This document shows positions 58,430-64,000 of a stretch of 64,000 nucleotides of DNA, piece after piece. Under the pieces are notes generated by a model, which saw only the letters and a list, made by a program, of their open reading frames with translations, did no database searches and had not been told where the DNA came from. The position numbers and the translations under genes were made by a program. This DNA comes from a virus. Lineage: Duplodnaviria; Caudoviricetes. The stretch lies in IMG/VR virus record IMGVR_UViG_3300043959_000228. One strand, 5' to 3'. Every line of letters begins with the position of its first letter. Within the stretch, counting starts at the first letter, position 1.

Positions 58430-61396
58430 ATGGACGTTACGAAATCTGTTTTACAAGAACTGCTAGCCGATGATGTAGCTGAAATTAAAGCTACTCATCG
58501 GCTTTCCATATCTATAGGCGCATTACGACGATTTGAATCACAATATCATGTTTATCTTAAAGGCTGCCCAGATATTATCCGTCGTATTGACTATCAACAA
58601 GTCATACCATTACGATATGAGCAATTAATGACGAGCAAGGAGATAGCTCAAATACTTGATCGTCAGTTCTCAGTATCTGAAATCATAGAGGCCATACGGA
58701 AATATAGAGTAACATGGTCGTCTGGACAGCGTAAAAAAGACTATCTGCAACGATTGAATAATGAACATCTCAGGGACATGCAACCATCCCATGCTCAAAC
58801 ACAGCAATCACCGTTATCACGTATGGTTAAGCAGTCGCTTGACCGCCATCATATTCATTGTACGGCCGTATCAAATGATGGTCTTGAGACTGAGAACACT
58901 GGCTTCCTGCTACCGGTGAAAGCCGATGCGACGACAGGTTATCGTCATCTTTTCCATCGTACGCCGAATGAAATGGCCTATCAGCTCATTGAACGCGGAT
59001 TAGACGTGGTGTCCTTATCACGAGACGACGTCTCGTCAACAGATCGTATAGACACCATCATCAGCGAACTATCACAGCATCGTACCACATCCGATGTATT
59101 ACAGGTGACGGCATTGAGTCACGATATGGCGAAGAACATGGCCACCGAGCTTGGTGTGACGATCATCGGCCATAAGATGATTTACGCTTTCTCCGTGAAG
59201 GTCAATGGACACAATCTTGGTGTTATTCTTGCAGACACGAAGAGCCGCTCGGCTTATGCACCTATGATCATATCTGGATGGTCTCCATCTATCGACAGGT
59301 CTATCATTCCCGATGTGGCTATGACGTTGAGTAAGACAAGAGAAATACCGGTTATTATTCACGCAACGAATTACTTAAGAATTGGAGATGGGGCCATTCT
59401 ACGGTATGGCAGGCCTATGACATCAGAGCTTATGATCATTGACCGTGGACAAGATCATCCATTCTCAGATTATTATTCCTCTGGACATCGTTCTAAGAAT
59501 GATGAGATCATTAAGACCCTTCAAGATTTGGATCTGCCAGCCTATTGGAGATATCGTCCGTTACCATACTGCTGGTCGGCGGTATCGTATTCTGATGAGG
59601 ACATGATCACCATTGTCGAGAGGTTACGTGATTATGAGGTTGCTTGTCGATATCCTTCAGTCCATCTGACAGATCTTCATAGACATATGGATAGGTTAGG
59701 CGTATGGTCAAAGGACACACCAGATCTTCCACGACATCATGCCTACGTAGATGTAGCCCTTGCTCGTAAAAACCATCTGCTCATGAAGGATGTAGCTGCG
59801 GCCTTGCAGGTCAGTGTATCTGACGCGAAAAAGTTAATTGCTTTCTATGGCGTTCCCCTTCCTGATACTTTTCATCATGACCTGACTCGTCATCAAATGT
59901 CAGAGTATCAGAAGAAAACGGGGTTAGGATCACCCGCAGCCAGGGATGACGTTCGAGCTAAAATCAAATCTACGAATCGTATGCGATATGGATCTGACAA
60001 TCCGTACGCTAGTCCTATCATCAAACAGGCTATACGTGATCATTGGCGTGAGCAAGCAGGGGTAGACAATGCTCAACAGGTTCCTTGGATCAGGGCTAAA
60101 ACGCTAAGAACCATGCGTGAGCGCTACGGAGGAAATGGATCATTATGCTCATCTGAGGTGCGTGAGAAGATGAAAAAGACCAATATCGAACGATACGGAT
60201 ATGATAATCCTAGTAAAGATCCCAAACGAAAAGCCGCTATTAGAGCACAGGCTGAACGAGATGGATATTGGCCTGGTTTTTCTGAGGAGAGTAAGAAGAA
60301 GCGGCGTGCAACGAATCTTCTCAGATATGGTTATCCCGAACTGTATCTGTCCCCGGACATCCAGCAACGAATTCTACAGGGTCAGAAGCGGTCCTTCGGC
60401 TTATCAAAAAGATCTTCAATTGAATCTACACTGTCATCATTCTTCACATCAATTGGTCTGAGGAGCAAGGACGATTGTCCTGATAAATACGATTATCGAT
60501 GTAATGATCGTTCTGTCATCACGCCCTATGAATTAGATTTTTACTTCCCTAATCTTCATCTGGCTATAGAGGTTAGCCCAGCATACACCCATCATTCCAA
60601 CCAAGGACGGGTGGGATCAGTGAGACCCGAACCGAAGAGGTATCACGAGCATAAGATGCAAGCGTGTGCGCGACTTGGTATCACCCTCATTACACTGTCA
60701 GATAAGAACTTTGATAAGAGGCAACTAGAGATCATCACCCTACCGTTTCTTAAAATGAAGATTCTAGGGAGAGCTGAGCGAACATGGTATGGTCGGGAGA
60801 CCACAGTGGAAAGAGTGACGTCTAAGAACGCTATTCGACACCTACGATCGTTCTTAGACACATATCATTTTGATGGTTCTACGAGATCATCTATCTGGTA
60901 CGCTGTGAAGAGTAGAGATCGTGAAATATTGGGTGTAGCATCATTACGCCGTGGACCTCATCATGTCCTAGAGTTAGCAAGATTATGTTGGCTTCCAGAT
61001 GTTCAGGTACGATATGGTTTAAGTAAGATTTGTGCTGCTATTTTCAGGGATTTTCCAGAAGAGAGTGCATTGTTATCATTCTCTGACAACGATATGGGCT
61101 CAGGAGCATCGTATCAGGCCGCAGGATTTATATTTATGGGGGAGTCTGGTCCAAAACTGTCCTATATCAATCCACATAATCCGTTTGATACGTACTCGTG
61201 GAGAGCAGCTACATCTCAATCATCCATCAATGGTGTAATCTCACGTGTCTTACCATCACCTCGCGTAATGTCTAATGATGAGGCTACACAATTCATGGAA
61301 ACGAAGATGCCACATCGAACTGGCAAGGGTCATGGATACTTAGCCGTGTATAATTCCGGATCGAAGAAATGGATTCTATCTAACCCTAATCATTAA
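58430..61396 (+). CDS. Large putative homing-type endonuclease: TNxxRYG repeats, PD-(D/E)XK/Vsr-like nuclease and Mom-like GNAT domain
   Basis: KSTNRMRYG, RTMRERYG, KTNIERYG, ATNLLRYG; PYELDFYFP..LAIEV...H; FLDTYHFDG, ELARLC, GLSK, SFSD, GASYQAAGF. Confidence 0.7.
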   Translation: MDVTKSVLQELLADDVAEIKATHRLSISIGALRRFESQYHVYLKGCPDIIRRIDYQQVIPLRYEQLMTSKEIAQILDRQFSVSEIIEAIRKYRVTWSSGQRKKDYLQRLNNEHLRDMQPSHAQTQQSPLSRMVKQSLDRHHIHCTAVSNDGLETENTGFLLPVKADATTGYRHLFHRTPNEMAYQLIERGLDVVSLSRDDVSSTDRIDTIISELSQHRTTSDVLQVTALSHDMAKNMATELGVTIIGHKMIYAFSVKVNGHNLGVILADTKSRSAYAPMIISGWSPSIDRSIIPDVAMTLSKTREIPVIIHATNYLRIGDGAILRYGRPMTSELMIIDRGQDHPFSDYYSSGHRSKNDEIIKTLQDLDLPAYWRYRPLPYCWSAVSYSDEDMITIVERLRDYEVACRYPSVHLTDLHRHMDRLGVWSKDTPDLPRHHAYVDVALARKNHLLMKDVAAALQVSVSDAKKLIAFYGVPLPDTFHHDLTRHQMSEYQKKTGLGSPAARDDVRAKIKSTNRMRYGSDNPYASPIIKQAIRDHWREQAGVDNAQQVPWIRAKTLRTMRERYGGNGSLCSSEVREKMKKTNIERYGYDNPSKDPKRKAAIRAQAERDGYWPGFSEESKKKRRATNLLRYGYPELYLSPDIQQRILQGQKRSFGLSKRSSIESTLSSFFTSIGLRSKDDCPDKYDYRCNDRSVITPYELDFYFPNLHLAIEVSPAYTHHSNQGRVGSVRPEPKRYHEHKMQACARLGITLITLSDKNFDKRQLEIITLPFLKMKILGRAERTWYGRETTVERVTSKNAIRHLRSFLDTYHFDGSTRSSIWYAVKSRDREILGVASLRRGPHHVLELARLCWLPDVQVRYGLSKICAAIFRDFPEESALLSFSDNDMGSGASYQAAGFIFMGESGPKLSYINPHNPFDTYSWRAATSQSSINGVISRVLPSPRVMSNDEATQFMETKMPHRTGKGHGYLAVYNSGSKKWILSNPNH

Positions 61397-61405
61397 CCTC
61401 AAGCG

Positions 61406-62215
61406 CTATGATGTCGCGTGATAATGAACATAATCGTTCATGAATGATTGTATCTCAGACGAATAACGCTGAGCTATATCCTCAGCCCGATGCAACCATA
61501 ATCCTTCAATATATGACATACGATCACGAATTGACATCGTCGATATATCGATAGGATCGTCATGATCATCAATATACGATGCTAGAACATGTCTATCACA
61601 GAACCTCGACCATCCCTCCGAGCCTTGACCAAACGCATCATAATAACGGTCAATCGTTGCATCCGATGGAAGATCGTGATGATCATCACGATATAGGAAG
61701 GTCTTCACCGTCGCGAGATGATGGCATGGGTCATCACCGCCGTCATAGAACGCTCTGTTACGGAAATGGGTTGTCTCGCGGGTAGCGAATCCACGGCCAA
61801 TGGCTGCTGGAAGAACCCAGAAATTCGCCAGACAATGATAATGATGGTAATATCGTCTCAGAAATTCCGGCCATTCTGCTTCTGATGTTCTCATAAGCCT
61901 GGATGAGCCAGCGCCAGGAATACGATTAGCCATGGTGTTGAATGAATGCATCGTATCACCAAGAATCAGCTGGTCCTCATGATACAGGTCTGGGTACAAG
62001 ACCTGTTGATACCATTGTATGGCCACATCACTCATATCTGGATCCCATGACCCTGGATGATACATGATGTTCGTCGAATGGATAACGTGACGTTGATCGT
62101 CATATCTAATGACAAGATCGTCCTTCACGATTGGCGCGAGTAGGAAGGCCACCAGTTCGTCCATCATGATCTTACTGCTTAATAATGAAGGCTGGTCTAC
62201 TACTTGGAAAGACAC
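61406..62215 (-). CDS. Hypothetical protein
   Basis: 269-aa ORF; GDTMHSF and HCLANFWVLP motifs of unknown function. Confidence 0.6.
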   Translation of the reverse strand: MSFQVVDQPSLLSSKIMMDELVAFLLAPIVKDDLVIRYDDQRHVIHSTNIMYHPGSWDPDMSDVAIQWYQQVLYPDLYHEDQLILGDTMHSFNTMANRIPGAGSSRLMRTSEAEWPEFLRRYYHHYHCLANFWVLPAAIGRGFATRETTHFRNRAFYDGGDDPCHHLATVKTFLYRDDHHDLPSDATIDRYYDAFGQGSEGWSRFCDRHVLASYIDDHDDPIDISTMSIRDRMSYIEGLWLHRAEDIAQRYSSEIQSFMNDYVHYHATS

Positions 62216-62750
62216 GATCGTCAGTATTCAATGGAATGTCAGACGGATCCTTCTCATATAACATAGCAATGACCTGATCGTATGCCGGCATGACAGCCAT
62301 AATCTCATCAGATGGTTCATATAATCGTCGATACGCGTCCTCAGGTGACGATCCATATGATTGCACACTGTCTTGTTGATCGTCTGGTAAAATCCACCAT
62401 TCACAACGATGATCCTGTTCTTCAGTAATCACATCAACATTACGTTGGAATGGGAACTCATACAGAAAATCTGCTTTCCGTATTGAGGATAACAATAATG
62501 GCATAGCTATACTGAATCCGGCATCATTCCAAACATCAACATAATGTAATATTGATTCATACAATGGCTTCGCCACAGCATCGTCAATCGTTCTTGCTAG
62601 GGATAAACTCGTCTTCGATCCTCTAGATCGGAAGTAGAACGACCATCCCTGAACCGTTCCTTCAGCCTGATATGGGCAGTTGCCCCCATGATTGAAGATG
62701 TGAAGATCAGGTATAACCTGATGTAATCCATCGAAAGTGGTATTACTCAT
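62172..62750 (-). CDS. Hypothetical protein
   Basis: Start reassigned to MSNTT after GGAGGA; CPYQAEG...FYFRSR motif. Confidence 0.6.
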   Translation of the reverse strand: MSNTTFDGLHQVIPDLHIFNHGGNCPYQAEGTVQGWSFYFRSRGSKTSLSLARTIDDAVAKPLYESILHYVDVWNDAGFSIAMPLLLSSIRKADFLYEFPFQRNVDVITEEQDHRCEWWILPDDQQDSVQSYGSSPEDAYRRLYEPSDEIMAVMPAYDQVIAMLYEKDPSDIPLNTDDRVFPSSRPAFIIKQ

Positions 62751-62875
62751 ACTGTCCTCCATAACGTTTAAGATTATTATATCATATATTGATGTAATCC
62801 TCATTGCTAATATACTCATTATATGATACAATAATGTCATCGTTTTCTTGTATTCCATATCATAAAGGAGCAGTA

Positions 62876-63418
62876 ATGAGTAAGCCATTATTTGATTTTA
62901 GAGGCGATCGTAATCAATTTGAGAAAGTCATGCAGGATTTTATATCGTACGCCACCGATCTTGCTCACTGGAGTTTTGATTATTTTGACACACCTGAGAA
63001 CATGAGCACATTAGACGATCTTAAACAAGCCATCCTGGCACAGAGAACACCTGATAACATTATCGACACCGCGAAGATGAGATTGCCGTTTATCACGAAT
63101 ACCGGTGAGCATCGACTCTTCATTAGATTCTATATAGCCGATAACATGGACGACATGCGGTCCATCGATGAGTGTTGCAGTGAGTCTGTTGGTTATTGTG
63201 GTTTTGTGGTCGTTCATAATGATCTTATTCATGAGACCATTACGAATTATGGTGCTGTAGGCTCTGATTCCTTCTCAGATATTTATCCAATATTATACGA
63301 TGAGCCATATCATCAGTTGGTGAGAGTTCATACGGACGAAGATCTGCGTCAATTATTTGTATCAGCAGCTTATCATTTTGTCGACGATGATGCGATCATG
63401 GACTTGAAACGCCCATAA
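62876..63418 (+). CDS. Hypothetical protein, tandem paralogue 1
   Basis: AAGGAG SD; colinear with 63458-64000. Confidence 0.7.
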   Translation: MSKPLFDFRGDRNQFEKVMQDFISYATDLAHWSFDYFDTPENMSTLDDLKQAILAQRTPDNIIDTAKMRLPFITNTGEHRLFIRFYIADNMDDMRSIDECCSESVGYCGFVVVHNDLIHETITNYGAVGSDSFSDIYPILYDEPYHQLVRVHTDEDLRQLFVSAAYHFVDDDAIMDLKRP

Positions 63419-63457
63419 TAGCAGTCTTCAATCTGACCATACATAAGGAGTTTTTCT

Positions 63458-64000
63458 ATGAGAAAAGAACTATTTGACTTTAGCGGTAATCAATATGAAG
63501 TTGACGACGCGTTAGAGAAGTTCGAGGATTATGCCTCTGATTTGTCGAACTGGACACTCAATTCCGGCGAGACACCGAATGATATAACCACGTTAAACGA
63601 CCTTCGTGAAGCTGCCTTATCATTCAGAACACCTGATAATCGTTTGCATAATTTCGATTTGACTCTTCCATTCATAACCGATACTGGGGAACATCAACTG
63701 AATTTCCGATTCTCCGTGGCTGACAATATGGAGGACATGCAGGCTATCGATGATTATTGCGCTGAATCAGTTGGTTATTGTAGCATGCTGGTCGTCGAGG
63801 CCGATATGAAGCGCGGCGTCATAGCTATGTATGGAGCTGTGGGATCCGATTCACTGACTGGTATCTATCCAGTGATGCATGATAGAATCTATCACGATAT
63901 GACCAGACTGTCCACCGATGATGACCTCCATAGGCTTCTAGTGTCAGCCGTCTATCATTTCACTGACGATGATTCCATCATGAATTCGAAATTATCATAA
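63458..64000 (+). CDS. Hypothetical protein, tandem paralogue 2
   Basis: AAGGAG SD; shares LFDF.G, RTPDN, LPFIT.TGEH, ADNM, ESVGYC, YGAVGSDS, VSA.YHF.DDD with paralogue 1. Confidence 0.7.
   Translation: MRKELFDFSGNQYEVDDALEKFEDYASDLSNWTLNSGETPNDITTLNDLREAALSFRTPDNRLHNFDLTLPFITDTGEHQLNFRFSVADNMEDMQAIDDYCAESVGYCSMLVVEADMKRGVIAMYGAVGSDSLTGIYPVMHDRIYHDMTRLSTDDDLHRLLVSAVYHFTDDDSIMNSKLS

Noticed and set aside
420-63232. Numerous 60-160 aa ORFs antisense or out of frame within long genes (e.g. 420-689, 43834-44325, 48320-48724, 56303-56668)
   Set aside because: Shadow ORFs overlapping well-supported genes, without SD or recognisable motifs.
1-64000. Prophage or jumbo phage interpretation
   Set aside because: No terminase, capsid, portal or tail genes are visible; the TcpC/Tad/FtsK genes and many membrane proteins favour a conjugative megaplasmid, although only part of the replicon is seen.

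Overview
This 64-kb window is gene-dense, moderately AT-rich, and contains no rRNA, tRNA or phage structural genes that I can recognise. It looks like part of a very large actinobacterial (Bifidobacteriaceae-like) conjugative plasmid or megaplasmid; the host assignment is inferred from protein resemblance. It carries (i) dispersed conjugation/pilus genes (TcpC-like, TcpD/pilin-like, TadA/CpaF, TadB, FtsK/TcpA-like C-half); (ii) a replication/recombination toolkit (RarA, RadA, SSB, RecB/Cas4-like nuclease, DnaB, a DnaC-like protein, SbcC, SbcD); (iii) nucleotide-supply genes (thyX, pyrD, nrdD with tandem NrdR boxes, nrdG, a 5'-nucleotidase, a small alarmone synthetase); (iv) a MoxR-VWA pair, a solo TnpB element and a large endonuclease/Mom-like fusion. 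Six unexplained signals stand out. 1) A stand-alone gene encodes a split-intein C-fragment fused to the C-half of an FtsK-like ATPase. 2) Four unrelated proteins share an N-terminal C-x-A-x-D-x3-C-x-[YF]-H...H module. 3) An ~87-bp palindromic non-coding element occurs in four dispersed copies. 4) A promoter-like ATATCT-N7-ATG motif precedes conjugation/envelope genes. 5) The predicted TnpB guide matches 14 nt just upstream of its own gene. 6) A second ~140-bp non-coding element occurs twice.
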